Shown here: positions 30,287 through 40,917 of the stretch, piece after piece
Layout of the letters: each line of letters opens with the position of its first letter
How positions within the stretch are numbered: position 1 is the first letter of the stretch
Assembly: GCA_902478545.1 (NCBI GenBank)
Contig: CABSLA010000002.1
Location: 66,037-130,036 of the forward strand
Direction: 5' to 3'
Origin: an uncultured Collinsella sp.
GTDB lineage: Bacteria > Actinomycetota > Coriobacteriia > Coriobacteriales > Coriobacteriaceae
Length of the DNA stretch: 64,000 nucleotides
Translations under genes and position numbers: made by a program
Notes under the pieces: model-generated
What the model saw: only the letters and a program-made list of their open reading frames with translations
Told to the model about the DNA's origin: nothing
Databases searched by the model: none

Positions 30287-31840
30287 TTAGGCCTCGGTGG
30301 CGAGCACGCGGCCCGTCATCTCGGCGGAAGGCTCAATACCAGCCATGGTGAGCATGGTCGGAGCGATATCGGAAAGACGGCCGTCCTCGATACCGGTGAG
30401 CTTGGCCTTCTCATCAACGATGATGAACGGCACACGGTTGGTGGTGTGAGCCGTGAACGGATGCTTGGAACCGTCGGAAGCAACGTCAAACATGTGGTCG
30501 GCGTTGCCGTGGTCGGCGGTGATCAGCGCAAAGCCGCCCTTGGCGAGAATCGCCGGGACAACCTTGGACAGGGCATCGTCAACAGCCTCGACGGCCTTAA
30601 CGGCGGCGTCGAAGACACCGGTGTGACCAACCATGTCGCAGTTCGCGAAGTTCACGATGTAGAAATCAGCGCGATCCTCGTTGATGGCGGCGACAAGCTT
30701 CTCGGTAACCTCGGGAGCGCTCATCTCGGGCTGCAGATCATAGGTAGCGACCTTGGGGGAAGCGACGAGCACGCGCTCCTCGCCCTCCTTGGGCTCCTCG
30801 ATGCCGCCGTTGAGGAAGAACGTCACGTGGGCGTACTTCTCGGTCTCGGCGGTGTGCAGCTGCTTCAGGCCGTTGGCGGCGATAACGTCGGCCAGGACGT
30901 TCTCGGGGAACGTCTTGGGGAAGGCGACCTCGACGTCAAACGTCGGATCGTACTCGGTCATCGTCACAAAGTGCGAAAGCTTGATCTGCTCGCGCTCAAA
31001 GCCGTCGAACTCCTTGTCCGTGAACACGCGGGTCATCTGACGAGCGCGGTCGGGACGGAAGTTGAAGAAGATGGCCGCGTCGCCCTCGTGGATGCCCTCG
31101 TTGTGGGCAGCGAAGGGCTCGACGAACTCGTCGCCGCGCGGATCCTTCTCGTAGTAGGCCTTGATACCGGCAACAGGGTCGACATCGGCATCGGACGCGT
31201 TGACCATGACGTCGTAGGCACGCTGGATGCGCTCCCAACGGTTGTCGCGGTCCATGGCCCAATAGCGGCCCGAGACGGTGGCGACGCGAGCGTCGCAACC
31301 GGTCTCCTCGGAGATCTTAGCCAGGAAGCCGCAGAACTCACTCATATAGCCAGCGCCGGACTGCGGGTCAACGTCGCGGCCATCCATAAAGGCGTGGACG
31401 CGAACGGTCTTGACACCGTGCTCGGCAGCCATCTTGACCAGAGCCTCGACGTGGTTCATGTGAGAATGAACACCGCCAGGGCTCATAAGGCCCATGAGGT
31501 GAAGAGTCTTGCCGTCAGCCTTGACGTCGTCCATAGCCTTGACGAAGACCTCGTTCTTGGCGATGGAGCCGTCCTTGATGGCGTTGTTGATGCGCGAAAG
31601 CTCCTGGAACACGATGCGGCCGGCACCGATGTTGAGGTGACCCACCTCGGAGTTGCCCATCTGGCCATCGGGAAGACCCACGTCCTCGCCCGAAGCGCCG
31701 AGCGTGGTGTGGGGGTACTTCTCATACAGGCTATCAAGGAAGGGCGTCTTGGCAGCGGCGACGGCGTTCTCGCCATCGGACGGAGCCAGGCCGCAGCCGT
31801 CCATGATGATCAGGAGTGCAGGAAGATGACGTTGTGCCAT
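30287..31840 (-). CDS. gpmI: 2,3-bisphosphoglycerate-independent phosphoglycerate mutase
   Basis: GQMGNSEVGH, NFRPDRARQ, ETEKYAHVTFF and TADHGNA motifs. Confidence 0.96.
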   Translation of the reverse strand: MAQRHLPALLIIMDGCGLAPSDGENAVAAAKTPFLDSLYEKYPHTTLGASGEDVGLPDGQMGNSEVGHLNIGAGRIVFQELSRINNAIKDGSIAKNEVFVKAMDDVKADGKTLHLMGLMSPGGVHSHMNHVEALVKMAAEHGVKTVRVHAFMDGRDVDPQSGAGYMSEFCGFLAKISEETGCDARVATVSGRYWAMDRDNRWERIQRAYDVMVNASDADVDPVAGIKAYYEKDPRGDEFVEPFAAHNEGIHEGDAAIFFNFRPDRARQMTRVFTDKEFDGFEREQIKLSHFVTMTEYDPTFDVEVAFPKTFPENVLADVIAANGLKQLHTAETEKYAHVTFFLNGGIEEPKEGEERVLVASPKVATYDLQPEMSAPEVTEKLVAAINEDRADFYIVNFANCDMVGHTGVFDAAVKAVEAVDDALSKVVPAILAKGGFALITADHGNADHMFDVASDGSKHPFTAHTTNRVPFIIVDEKAKLTGIEDGRLSDIAPTMLTMAGIEPSAEMTGRVLATEA

Positions 31841-31845
31841 ATGTC

Positions 31846-32613
31846 CTACTCGCCTGCCTTGACGACCATAGAGGCGAAGTCGGCAGCCTTGAGCGAAGCG
31901 CCGCCCACGAGGGCGCCGTCAACGTCGGGCTTGGCGACGAGCTCGGCGATGTTACCGGGCTTGGCAGAGCCACCATAGAGAACGCGAATGCCGTTAGCGA
32001 GCTCCTCGCCGAACATCTCCTTGAGGGTCTCACGGATAGCGCCGCAGACCTCCTGAGCGTCCTCGGCGGTAGCGGTCTTGCCGGTGCCGATGGCCCAGAT
32101 GGGCTCGTAGGCCACGACGACCTGCTTGGGGCAGGTGATCTCAAGACCAGCAAGGCCAGCCTTGACCTGGTTCACGACGTGCTCGACATAGGTGCCAGCC
32201 TCGCGGACCTCAAGGGACTCGCCGCAGCAGAAGACGGGAACAAGACCTGCGGCAACGAGGGCCTTGGCCTTCATGTTCTGATCCTCGTCGGTCTCGTGGA
32301 AGTAGTCGCGACGCTCAGAGTGACCGATGATGCAGTAGGTGCAGCCAGCGGACTTGAGCATGTCGCAAGAGGACTCACCGGTGAAGGCACCCTTGGCCTC
32401 CCAGTACACGTTCTGTGCACCGAGGGCGATGGGGGCAGCCTGAATGCGGTCATGAACCGTGGTGATGTCGATGGTCGGAGGGCAGACGAGCACCTCGACG
32501 CCAGCCGGAACCTCGGGCAGAGCCTGAGCCAGCTCGTCGGCGAGCTTGGCGGCCTCGGCGACGTCGTTGTTCATCTTCCAGTTACCAGCGATAAGAAGGG
32601 TGCGATTAGGCAT
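31846..32613 (-). CDS. tpiA: Triosephosphate isomerase
   Basis: AGNWKMN, IGHSERR, AYEPIWAIGTG and LVGGASL motifs. Confidence 0.97.
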   Translation of the reverse strand: MPNRTLLIAGNWKMNNDVAEAAKLADELAQALPEVPAGVEVLVCPPTIDITTVHDRIQAAPIALGAQNVYWEAKGAFTGESSCDMLKSAGCTYCIIGHSERRDYFHETDEDQNMKAKALVAAGLVPVFCCGESLEVREAGTYVEHVVNQVKAGLAGLEITCPKQVVVAYEPIWAIGTGKTATAEDAQEVCGAIRETLKEMFGEELANGIRVLYGGSAKPGNIAELVAKPDVDGALVGGASLKAADFASMVVKAGE

Positions 32614-33796
32614 CGAGAAGCGCCTCCACTCCGGGCAGGGCCTTACCCTCGACGAGCTCCATGGAAGCGCCACCACCGGTGGAGATCCAGCTCATCTTGT
32701 CGGCCAGGTTGAACTTGTTGACAGCTGCGACGGAGTCGCCACCGCCGATAATCGAGGTGCAATCGGCCTCGGCGACAGCCTCGGCGATAGCCTGGGTGCC
32801 GTGAGCGAAGTTGTCGAACTCGAAGACGCCCATGGGGCCATTCCAGAACACGGTCTTGGCGCCCTTGACAGCCTCGGCGTAGAGCTCCTCGGTCTTAGGA
32901 CCGATGTCCATGCCCTCACGATCGTCGGGGATAGCGTCGGAAGCGACAACCTCGGGGACAGCGTCCTCGCCAAAGTGATCGGCAACGCGGTTGTCGATGG
33001 GGAGCAGGATCTTGACGCCCTTCTCCTCGGCCTTCTTAAGCATCTCGCCGGCGCGCTCGACCCAGTCCTCTTCCTTGAGGGACTGACCGACGGACAGGCC
33101 CTGAGCCAGGAAGAAAGTGTAGGCCATGCCGCCACCGATGATCAGGGTGTCAGCGGAGTCGATGAGGTGATCGAGAACGCCGATCTTGGAGGAAACCTTG
33201 GAACCGCCGACGATGGCGACGAAGGGGCGCTCGGGCTCGGCGAAGATGCCGGTCAGCGTGTCGACCTCCTTCTCGAGCAGGAAGCCAGCGACGGCAGGCA
33301 GGTAAGCGGCGGGGCCCACGACGGAACCCTGGGCGCGGTGAGCGGTGCCGAAGGCATCGAGAACGAAGACGTCACCATAGGAAGCGAGCTTCTTGGCGAT
33401 CTCGGGATCGTTCTTCTTCTCACGCTTATCGAAGCGGACGTTCTCGAGAACGAGAACCTTGCCCGGCTCGACGGCGGCGACAGCCTCGGCAGCCTTCTCG
33501 CCGTAAGTGTCGGCGACAAAGGCAACGTCGAGACCAGAGAGCTCGGCGAGCTTCTTGGCGACAGGCTCAAGGGAGAGCTCAGGCTGGAAGCCAGTGCCCT
33601 CGGGACGGCCGAGGTGGCTCATGAGGATGACGCGAGCGTTGTGCTCAACGAGATAGTTGATGGTGGGCAGGGCAGCCTTGATACGGGTAGTGTCACCAAC
33701 GACGCCATCCTTGATAGGCACGTTGAAGTCAACGCGGACGAGAACGCGTTTGCCGTCGACATCGATGTCGCGGACGGTCTTCTTGGTAAAGGCCAT
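32606..33796 (-). CDS. pgk: Phosphoglycerate kinase
   Basis: RVDFNVP, SHLGRP, GGSKVSSK and STGGGAS motifs. Confidence 0.97.
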   Translation of the reverse strand: MAFTKKTVRDIDVDGKRVLVRVDFNVPIKDGVVGDTTRIKAALPTINYLVEHNARVILMSHLGRPEGTGFQPELSLEPVAKKLAELSGLDVAFVADTYGEKAAEAVAAVEPGKVLVLENVRFDKREKKNDPEIAKKLASYGDVFVLDAFGTAHRAQGSVVGPAAYLPAVAGFLLEKEVDTLTGIFAEPERPFVAIVGGSKVSSKIGVLDHLIDSADTLIIGGGMAYTFFLAQGLSVGQSLKEEDWVERAGEMLKKAEEKGVKILLPIDNRVADHFGEDAVPEVVASDAIPDDREGMDIGPKTEELYAEAVKGAKTVFWNGPMGVFEFDNFAHGTQAIAEAVAEADCTSIIGGGDSVAAVNKFNLADKMSWISTGGGASMELVEGKALPGVEALLDA

Positions 33797-33936
33797 GTTT
33801 GCTTCTACCTTTCGTACGTGTCTGCCTCCCATTACGGCAGACGATTTCTTATAAAAAGGGCGCGACCCTAGGGTGTAAGCCCTATGAGGCCGCGCCCTTC
33901 TTTAGACGCTCAACGAGCTATTCGCTAAAAGCTAAA

Positions 33937-34962
33937 TTAAGCAACGAACTTCTCGAAGTACTTGATGGTGCGGACCATCTGAGAGGTGTAGGAGTTCTCG
34001 TTGTCGTACCAAGAGGTGACCTGAACGAGGGTCTGGCCGTTGCCGAGATCAGAGCACATGGTCTGAGTGGCGTCGAAGATGGAGCCGTGGGTCTCGCCGA
34101 TGATGTCGGTGGAGACGATGTCGTCCTCGTTGTAACCGAAGGTCTCGGAGATGGTGGCAGCGTAGGCCTTCATAGCGGCGTTGACCTCGTCGACGGTGAC
34201 CTTCTTGTCAACGACAGCGTAGAGGTTGGTGATGGAGCCGGTCGGCGTCGGGACGCGCTGGGCGGCACCGATGAGCTTACCGTTGAGCTCGGGGAGAACC
34301 AGGCCGATAGCCTTGGCAGCACCGGTGGTGTTGGGGACGATGTTAACGGCGCAGGCACGGCTACGACGCTTGTTGCCCTTGCGCTGCGGGCCGTCGAGCG
34401 GCATCTGGTCGCCGGTCCAGGCGTGAATGGTGGTCATGATGCCGGACACGATGGGAGCGAAGTCGTTGAGACCCTTGGCCATCGGGGCGAGGCAGTTGGT
34501 GGTGCAGGAAGCAGCGGAGATGATGTTGTCCTCAGCGGTCAGCGTCTCATGGTTGACGTTGTACACGATGGTGGGCAGATCGCTGCCGGCCGGAGCGGAG
34601 ATGACGACCTTCTTGGCGCCAGCGTTGATGTGGGCCTGAGCCTTAGCCTTGCTGGTGTAGAAGCCGGTGCACTCGAGAACGACGTCGACGTCGAGGTCGC
34701 CCCAAGGCAGGTTGTTGGCGTCGGCCTCCTTGTAGATCTTGATCTCCTTGCCGTCAACGGTGATGGAATCCTCGCCAGCGACGACCTCGTGATCGCGAGC
34801 ATAGTTGCCCTGCGTGGAGTCGTACTTCAGCAGGTAAGCGAGCATATCGGGAGAGGTGAGGTCGTTGATAGCGACGATCTCGGAGCCCTCATGACCGAAC
34901 ATCTGACGGAAGGCCAGACGACCGATGCGACCGAAGCCGTTAATAGCAACCTTTACTGCCAT
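33937..34962 (-). CDS. gap: Type I glyceraldehyde-3-phosphate dehydrogenase
   Basis: [16 protein letters not shown] and WYDNE motifs. Confidence 0.97.
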   Translation of the reverse strand: MAVKVAINGFGRIGRLAFRQMFGHEGSEIVAINDLTSPDMLAYLLKYDSTQGNYARDHEVVAGEDSITVDGKEIKIYKEADANNLPWGDLDVDVVLECTGFYTSKAKAQAHINAGAKKVVISAPAGSDLPTIVYNVNHETLTAEDNIISAASCTTNCLAPMAKGLNDFAPIVSGIMTTIHAWTGDQMPLDGPQRKGNKRRSRACAVNIVPNTTGAAKAIGLVLPELNGKLIGAAQRVPTPTGSITNLYAVVDKKVTVDEVNAAMKAYAATISETFGYNEDDIVSTDIIGETHGSIFDATQTMCSDLGNGQTLVQVTSWYDNENSYTSQMVRTIKYFEKFVA

Positions 34963-35155
34963 TGTGTCTCCTTTCGTAAGGCCCCCGCAAGCTACAGCGC
35001 CTGCCGTTGAGGCCCACAAACTAACCACTCGCCTAATATACCTTTTTTTTGACTTGAATTTCACGAGAATGCTCGAAATTGAAAATCAAATTTACGTTAA
35101 AACGTTTTAAAGACTAAAATAGCAGTTAAATCCATATATAAGTCGATACTTCAAA

Positions 35156-36085
35156 CTACCTGTTTGCTTCAATGAGCTTTTCAAGCCGTAAAACACGATG
35201 GTAGAGGGCCGACTTCGACAAGGGAGGGTCAGCCATCTCCCCCAAATCACGCAGTGACAGATCGGGGTAGCGCTCGCGCAGGTCGCAAAAGACCGCCAAG
35301 GCATCCGGAAGCGCATCGCGAAGGCCACGCTGCTCGAGCTCATCGATCAACGCAAGCTGATGCTGGGCGGCACCGGCGCTTCTGGTCTGGTTGGCGAGCT
35401 CGGCGTTCACGCGACGGTTTACGTCGTTCTTAACCAATTTGACCGCGCGCGCTTCCTCGATCTCGGCAACGCTGCGCTTGGCGCCGACCAGCTTTAGGAG
35501 CTGCTCGATCTCCTCGGCGCTCTTAATGTACACGGCATATGACCCCCGCCGCGCATTAACACGAGCATGGACCCCAATCTGCTCCAACAGATCGCAAAGC
35601 CCCTTGGCATATTGCTCGCCCTGCACCGCGATCTCCAAATGAAAATCGCCGCGTGGATCGGCCACGAAGCCGCCCGCGATGAGCGCGCCGCGGATATAGG
35701 CAAGCCTGCAGCAGGGACGGGCAACGATATGTCGGGGCACGCCGGCGACAAGTCCTCCCCTGCGGTCGAGGATGCCCAGCAGCACCAGAGCCTTATCCAG
35801 GTCTGGCTGATCAGGCAAGGTGATGAGGTAGTTTCGAACCTTATGCAATACAGATTTACGAACGGTGAATTCCGTTTTGAGCTTAAGGATGCGATGCGTC
35901 AGTGTGATCATCGTGCGCGCGACGGCGCCCGTCTCGGTCGCGACCGTCAAACGATACCGCCCGGAGCCGGCCAGCGAAAGTGTACCGCTCACACGCGTCA
36001 GGGCGGCAAGCGTCGACAAATCGCAGTATTCACATTCGGGTTCGCAGCGCGCGAGTTCGTCACGCACCTCGGCGGTAAACGACAT
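35156..36085 (-). CDS. whiA: DNA-binding protein WhiA
   Basis: MSFTAEVRDEL, FHLEI, NRRVNAELAN and SKSALYHR motifs. Confidence 0.93.
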   Translation of the reverse strand: MSFTAEVRDELARCEPECEYCDLSTLAALTRVSGTLSLAGSGRYRLTVATETGAVARTMITLTHRILKLKTEFTVRKSVLHKVRNYLITLPDQPDLDKALVLLGILDRRGGLVAGVPRHIVARPCCRLAYIRGALIAGGFVADPRGDFHLEIAVQGEQYAKGLCDLLEQIGVHARVNARRGSYAVYIKSAEEIEQLLKLVGAKRSVAEIEEARAVKLVKNDVNRRVNAELANQTRSAGAAQHQLALIDELEQRGLRDALPDALAVFCDLRERYPDLSLRDLGEMADPPLSKSALYHRVLRLEKLIEANR

Positions 36086-36091
36086 GCAGGC

Positions 36092-36994
36092 CTATGCTTT
36101 CGTGTTGGCGCGCGACAGGTCGCGGTGGGAAATGCTCACGTGATATTGAGCGCCTTCCAAATAACGTGCCGTGGCCTCGGCGATGGCAACGCTGCGGTGT
36201 TGACCGCCCGTGCAGCCGATGGCAATAGAAAGCTGTGGCTTGCCCTCCGCGATATAGCCCGGCATCACCGTATCGAGCAGCTGCGTCCAAGCTTTCCAGA
36301 ACTCCTGGGTCTTGGGATGGTCCAGAACAAAGTCGGAGACCTTCTTATCGAGACCGGTCATGGTGCGCATCTCGGGATCGTAGAACGGATTGGGCAGGAA
36401 GCGAACGTCGATCATAATGTCCGCCTCAACGGGCATACCGTGCTTAAAGCCAAACGAGAACACGTGAACGTCCATGAGCTGCTGGTCGGACAACTCGGAG
36501 AACGCCATGCGCAATTTGTTGCGCAGGGCAGAGGTACGCAGGCGGCTCGTGTCGATGATCATATCGGCTCGGTCGCGCACACCCTGCAGCTGCAGGCGCT
36601 CGCGCTGAATCGCATCGGCCGTAGTCTCCCCCGGCTTGGCAATGGGATGGCGGCGGCGGTTTTCGCTATAACGACGGATCAGCACCTCGTCAGAGGCCTC
36701 GAGAAACACGATGTCACAGCTCATCTCGCGCTCCTCGAGTGCGGCAACGGCATCGAGCAGCTCATCGAACAAGCCCTGGCTGCGCAGGTCACAGGTGACG
36801 GCGAGATGCCTGCCCACGCCCGTATTGATGCCGACGAGCTCGGCAAGCTGGGCGATGAGACGCGGAGGCAGGTTATCGATGCAAAAATAGCCCATGTCCT
36901 CGAACACGTGCATGGCCTGTGTGCGGCCCGATCCGGACATTCCGGTGATGATGACGATATCGGGGATGCGCTCCGAGCGCTCCGCCGCATCCAT
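36092..36994 (-). CDS. rapZ: RapZ/YvcJ P-loop protein
   Basis: TGMSGSGR, IDNLP, SFGFKHG, DVRFLPNP and GCTGGQHRSV motifs. Confidence 0.94.
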   Translation of the reverse strand: MDAAERSERIPDIVIITGMSGSGRTQAMHVFEDMGYFCIDNLPPRLIAQLAELVGINTGVGRHLAVTCDLRSQGLFDELLDAVAALEEREMSCDIVFLEASDEVLIRRYSENRRRHPIAKPGETTADAIQRERLQLQGVRDRADMIIDTSRLRTSALRNKLRMAFSELSDQQLMDVHVFSFGFKHGMPVEADIMIDVRFLPNPFYDPEMRTMTGLDKKVSDFVLDHPKTQEFWKAWTQLLDTVMPGYIAEGKPQLSIAIGCTGGQHRSVAIAEATARYLEGAQYHVSISHRDLSRANTKA

Positions 36995-37113
36995 GGCATC
37001 TCCCTTTTGCATGTGCTGCCTCCCGAAAACAAGCGCGGGACCCAGCAACCCGGATCCCGCGCGGTCAATTGCCTATATTGAGTATACCGCCCCGAGCGGA
37101 TACGAGGCCTGTC

Positions 37114-37800
37114 TTACGCCTCAAGTGCAGCCTTGAACCAACTCGTAATACTCGTGGGGTGCGTGATGGCGGTGCCGACGACAACGGCCCAGGCGCCAGC
37201 ATCGATCGCGGCGCGAGCCTCCTCGGGCGTATGCACGCGACCCTCGCAAATGATAGGAAGGCCGGGGAATTCCTCAGTCGCCTGACGCAGGAGCGGCAGG
37301 TCGGGGCCATCGGCCATGGTGCAGTCGATGGCGGCGACGCCGTGAGAAAGCGTGGTGGATACCAGGTCAAAGCCCATATCAACAGCACGGCGAATATCCT
37401 CGATGGTGGCACAATCCGCCATCAGGAGCACACCCTCCTCGTGCAGCGGGCGGAAGGTATCCTCGACCGTCTTGCCATCGGGGCGCGGACGATCGGTGGC
37501 GTCGATCGCCACGATATCGGCACCGGCAGCAACGCAGGCGCGAGCGTGACGCAGCGTCGGCGTGATGTAAACGCCCTCGTGCCCATCCTTCCACAGGCCG
37601 ATGACGGGAACCTCACAGCGACCCTTAATGGCGGCAATGTCGGCAAGGCCCTGGCAGCGAATGGCGGCGGCGCCGCCGAGCTCGCAAGCGCGAGACATTT
37701 GCGCCATGGTCTCGGGCGTACGAAGCGGCTCGCCCATATACGCCTGAACGCTCACGACGAGCTTGCCCTTCAGGGACTGGATCAAAGGATCAACGGTCAT
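37114..37800 (-). CDS. nanE: N-acetylmannosamine-6-phosphate 2-epimerase
   Basis: LVVSVQA, PVIGLWK, YITPT, EGRVHTP and VVGTAITHP motifs. Confidence 0.93.
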   Translation of the reverse strand: MTVDPLIQSLKGKLVVSVQAYMGEPLRTPETMAQMSRACELGGAAAIRCQGLADIAAIKGRCEVPVIGLWKDGHEGVYITPTLRHARACVAAGADIVAIDATDRPRPDGKTVEDTFRPLHEEGVLLMADCATIEDIRRAVDMGFDLVSTTLSHGVAAIDCTMADGPDLPLLRQATEEFPGLPIICEGRVHTPEEARAAIDAGAWAVVVGTAITHPTSITSWFKAALEA

Positions 37801-37825
37801 GTTCGACTCAACCTTTCTCAAAACA

Positions 37826-37923
37826 GCCTTCTGAGACGCCGCACCTTGACGTTCAAACCGTCGCTCGCGTACCGAAGTACGCTTCGCTCCTCTTTCACGT
37901 CAATCTGCGGCACCTCAGAAGGC
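37826..37923. repeat. Long intergenic hairpin (~98 bp) between nanK and nanE
   Basis: Arms gccttctgag-ac-gccgca...ttgacgt / acgtcaa...tgcggc-ac-ctcagaaggc, apex gcgtac-cgaa-gtacgc. Confidence 0.75.
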
Positions 37924-37940
37924 ACACTTGGTAGTTATGT

Positions 37941-38906
37941 TTACTTCAACGAAGCAAGAAGATGCTCGGCGGCACCGATGAGCGGAGCATCGCCCTCCAG
38001 AGAACCGATGAGGATCGGCGTGTCCTGAAGCGGATCGAGCGCCTGGCTGGCATAGCCCTCGTGCACCGAATCCTTCCACGTCTGCGAACGCCAATCGGGA
38101 CCTTGGTGAATCACGCCGCCCGAAAGCACGATGACCTCAGGGTCCAGGATGTTAGCGAGCGAGCCCAAGCTGGCCCCCAGCGCAAAGCCGGCGTCATGGA
38201 TGACCTCGGTCGCCTTTGCGTCGCCCGCACGGCACAGATCGTTCACATCGCGACCGACCGAAGGACGGCTGGGGTCGACGCGGCCAAAACGCTCATCGTA
38301 CATTCGACCAATGGAAGTGCCCGAAGCAACCGACTCCAGATGGCCGGAACGCCCGCAGGCGCAGGGAATGCCGGCGGCAGCCGAACACTCAATGTGGCCC
38401 ATATGACCGGCAGCACCATGGAAGCCCTGCATCACGCGGCCGCTCTCGACATATGCGCCGCCGATGCCCGTGCCGATGCCAAGACACAAGACGGAGAACT
38501 TGCCCTTGCCGACGCCCCAGTGGGCCTCGCCCAGAGCATGAGCCTGCACGTCGCCCACAACGGCAACGGGAAGACCGAGGTCCTCGCGCAGACGCGGCCC
38601 CAACTGAACGCCGGACCAGCCGGGCATGATCTCATTGGCATACGCGATGGCGCCCGTCTTGGGATCGACGACGCCGGCGGCGCCGATACCGACGCCAAGG
38701 ACCCCGACATCGGGATTCGCCTCGAGAGCGGCCTTGATGGACGCCTCGATACGCTGGAAGACGGCCTCGCCGCCCTCTTGGGCCTCGGTGGGAACCTCGG
38801 CCTCAAAGACGGGACGGGGCACACTACCGTCAGCCGGGTACTCCATGATGGCAGTCGCGATCTTAGTTCCGCCGATATCGACAGAGCAGACGTACTTGTT
38901 CTCCAT
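37941..38906 (-). CDS. nanK: ROK-family sugar kinase, likely ManNAc kinase
   Basis: DIGGTK, GTGIGG and GHIECS...CACGRSGHLE motifs; lies between nanA and nanE. Confidence 0.82.
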   Translation of the reverse strand: MENKYVCSVDIGGTKIATAIMEYPADGSVPRPVFEAEVPTEAQEGGEAVFQRIEASIKAALEANPDVGVLGVGIGAAGVVDPKTGAIAYANEIMPGWSGVQLGPRLREDLGLPVAVVGDVQAHALGEAHWGVGKGKFSVLCLGIGTGIGGAYVESGRVMQGFHGAAGHMGHIECSAAAGIPCACGRSGHLESVASGTSIGRMYDERFGRVDPSRPSVGRDVNDLCRAGDAKATEVIHDAGFALGASLGSLANILDPEVIVLSGGVIHQGPDWRSQTWKDSVHEGYASQALDPLQDTPILIGSLEGDAPLIGAAEHLLASLK

Positions 38907-38972
38907 GTCGCTCTCCTTAGGAGATAAAAACAACTACAGGAAATGAAGGCTGCGTTATCGCCGCAGCTTGGT

Positions 38973-39078
38973 AAAGGTTTCCCGGGTGTCCGAGGTTGGG
39001 GTGAAAGCGGTCGGGCGTTGACCTAATGGGTCACGCTCGACCGCTTGAGCCCCAAGATCGGGTGCCCGGGGAAGCTTT
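38973..39078. repeat. Long imperfect hairpin (~106 bp) immediately after the nanA stop
   Basis: cccgggtgtccga / tcgggtgcccggg, ttgggg / ccccaa and aagcggtcgggcgt / acgctcgaccgctt, with many G-T wobble pairs on the + strand. Confidence 0.75.
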
Positions 39079-39997
39079 ACAGGAGACCGTTGTCCTGGAG
39101 GACCTTCTTAATAGCCTCGACGTTCTCGCCGGTCATGGCCTTCACCGGGCGCGGCATGGTCGGGCTGTCGAAGATACCCATGAGGTTCATAGCGGTCTTG
39201 AAGGCGCCGACGCCACCGGCATAGCCCTGGACGCCCGAGGTGACATCCCAGATATGCGAAATCTCATTGAGGCGATCCTGCTCGGCCTTGACGGTAGCCC
39301 AGTCACCAGCCTGAGCGGCCTTCCACTGACGCACGTAGCCCTCGGGCTCAACGTTGGCGAGACCCGGGACGGAACCGTCGGCGCCACCGAGGTAAGCGCC
39401 GTCGACAACAACCTCGTGACCGGTGAGGATGCTCATCGGATGGCCGTTCTTCTCGTTCTCCTGAACGAGGTAGCGGAACGAGATGTCATCACCCGAGGAA
39501 TCCTTGACGCCGGCCAGAACGCCCTCGGCACCGAGCTTGGCAAGGAGCTTCCAGGGGAGCTTGGTGTGGACACACACGGGGATGTCGTAGGCGAAGATGG
39601 GCAGGTCGAGTTCCTCATGCAGGATGCGGAAGTGCTCCTCGACCTCGGTCATGCCCTGCAGGGCATAGAACGGGCAGGTGGCGACGAGAGCATCGGCGCC
39701 CAGCTCCTGAGCGACCTTACCGTGCTCGATCATGCGCTCGGTCTCGGTGTCGATGATGCCGACCAGAACGGGAACGCGGTGGTCGACGATACGGACGGCC
39801 TCGGCGATGATCTGACGGCGACGCTCGTCGGTGGAGAAGACGACCTCGCCCGAGGAGCCCAGGAAGAACAAGCCATCGACGCCGGCATCGATCATGCGGT
39901 TGATGCTGCGCTCAAAGGAGGCAACGTCGAGCTGGTGATCTTCGGTATCGGGAACAACGACGGGAGGGATAACGCCGGTGAATTTCTGAGTTGCCAC
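39077..39997 (-). CDS. nanA: N-acetylneuraminate lyase (DHDPS family)
   Basis: GSSGE, AYDIP and GVKDSSGD (Schiff-base Lys) motifs; GTG start with an AGGAG RBS; adjacent to nanK and nanE. Confidence 0.82.
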   Translation of the reverse strand: MATQKFTGVIPPVVVPDTEDHQLDVASFERSINRMIDAGVDGLFFLGSSGEVVFSTDERRRQIIAEAVRIVDHRVPVLVGIIDTETERMIEHGKVAQELGADALVATCPFYALQGMTEVEEHFRILHEELDLPIFAYDIPVCVHTKLPWKLLAKLGAEGVLAGVKDSSGDDISFRYLVQENEKNGHPMSILTGHEVVVDGAYLGGADGSVPGLANVEPEGYVRQWKAAQAGDWATVKAEQDRLNEISHIWDVTSGVQGYAGGVGAFKTAMNLMGIFDSPTMPRPVKAMTGENVEAIKKVLQDNGLL

Positions 39998-40065
39998 AAG
40001 AATCTCCTTAGTTGTCTGGCGGGCAGCCCTATGCCGCCCACTCTTGTTGGCAGTGTCCAGGCCGC

Positions 40066-40917
40066 CTAGGCCAAAGAACACGGGTAGAACGTTTGGTTAA
40101 AGAAGTCGACGACTTCGTTTTCGAACGCATTGATGCGCTCGTGAGCGTATTTGGCATAGACGATATGCCTCCGGTCACACTCAAGACCGTTGAATACGGC
40201 AAACTGGCCCTTGGGGTCGCTCGCGGCATCCATGAGCGATGTGCCCATGAGCACCGATCCGCGCACCCGAGACGACAGCGCCTCAAGGCCACCGGGAATT
40301 GGATTGGCAACCGCCGTGCAGGCGAAGCCCCGCTCGTCCAGAGCAGAAACCGCCAGCGCGACTCCGCCGCCAAGGCCCTCGCCCCATGCAAAGATGCGGT
40401 CGGGGTCCATGCCATCAAGATTGCGCGCCACCTTCGCCAACGCGCAACCCCAACGGACGCGCTCGACAAAAGCGGGCGAAGAAATCCCCCGCTGCAGGTC
40501 GTCCGCACCAGCAACATCGTCATCCAGCGCGAGGACGGCATACCCCATGGCGGCAAATCTCGTCATGTGATGCCAGCCGCGCACAGGCCGATCGATGTCG
40601 TGGAACATCAGGCACAGCGGCACGCGCTCAGATACTCGGGCACGACCGACAGGCTCGATCAAACGAGCGTGAATCGCATCGTCACCGAGCTCAAAGGAGA
40701 CCTCCGAGTAACGGGCGCAGGGGTTAACAAAATCAATCGCCGTAATGGCCAGGCCTTGAATCTCAAGATTCGAAGCGCATGTCTCTAAATCAGAAACATC
40801 TGCTTGGACATCACCGCGCCAGTCCCGATATTCTGCGAGCCTTGACGAAACCGTTCCAGGAATTCCCACGAGCCCGGGGACAATCAGCTCATTGACATTG
40901 CTCTCGCACTTAGACAT
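40066..40917 (-). CDS. Acetylxylan esterase (CE7)-like protein lacking the nucleophile serine
   Basis: Colinear with the upstream paralog (IHARLIEP, PLCLMFH, MGYAVLALD), but has GEGLGGG in place of GASQGGG. Confidence 0.75.
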   Translation of the reverse strand: MSKCESNVNELIVPGLVGIPGTVSSRLAEYRDWRGDVQADVSDLETCASNLEIQGLAITAIDFVNPCARYSEVSFELGDDAIHARLIEPVGRARVSERVPLCLMFHDIDRPVRGWHHMTRFAAMGYAVLALDDDVAGADDLQRGISSPAFVERVRWGCALAKVARNLDGMDPDRIFAWGEGLGGGVALAVSALDERGFACTAVANPIPGGLEALSSRVRGSVLMGTSLMDAASDPKGQFAVFNGLECDRRHIVYAKYAHERINAFENEVVDFFNQTFYPCSLA

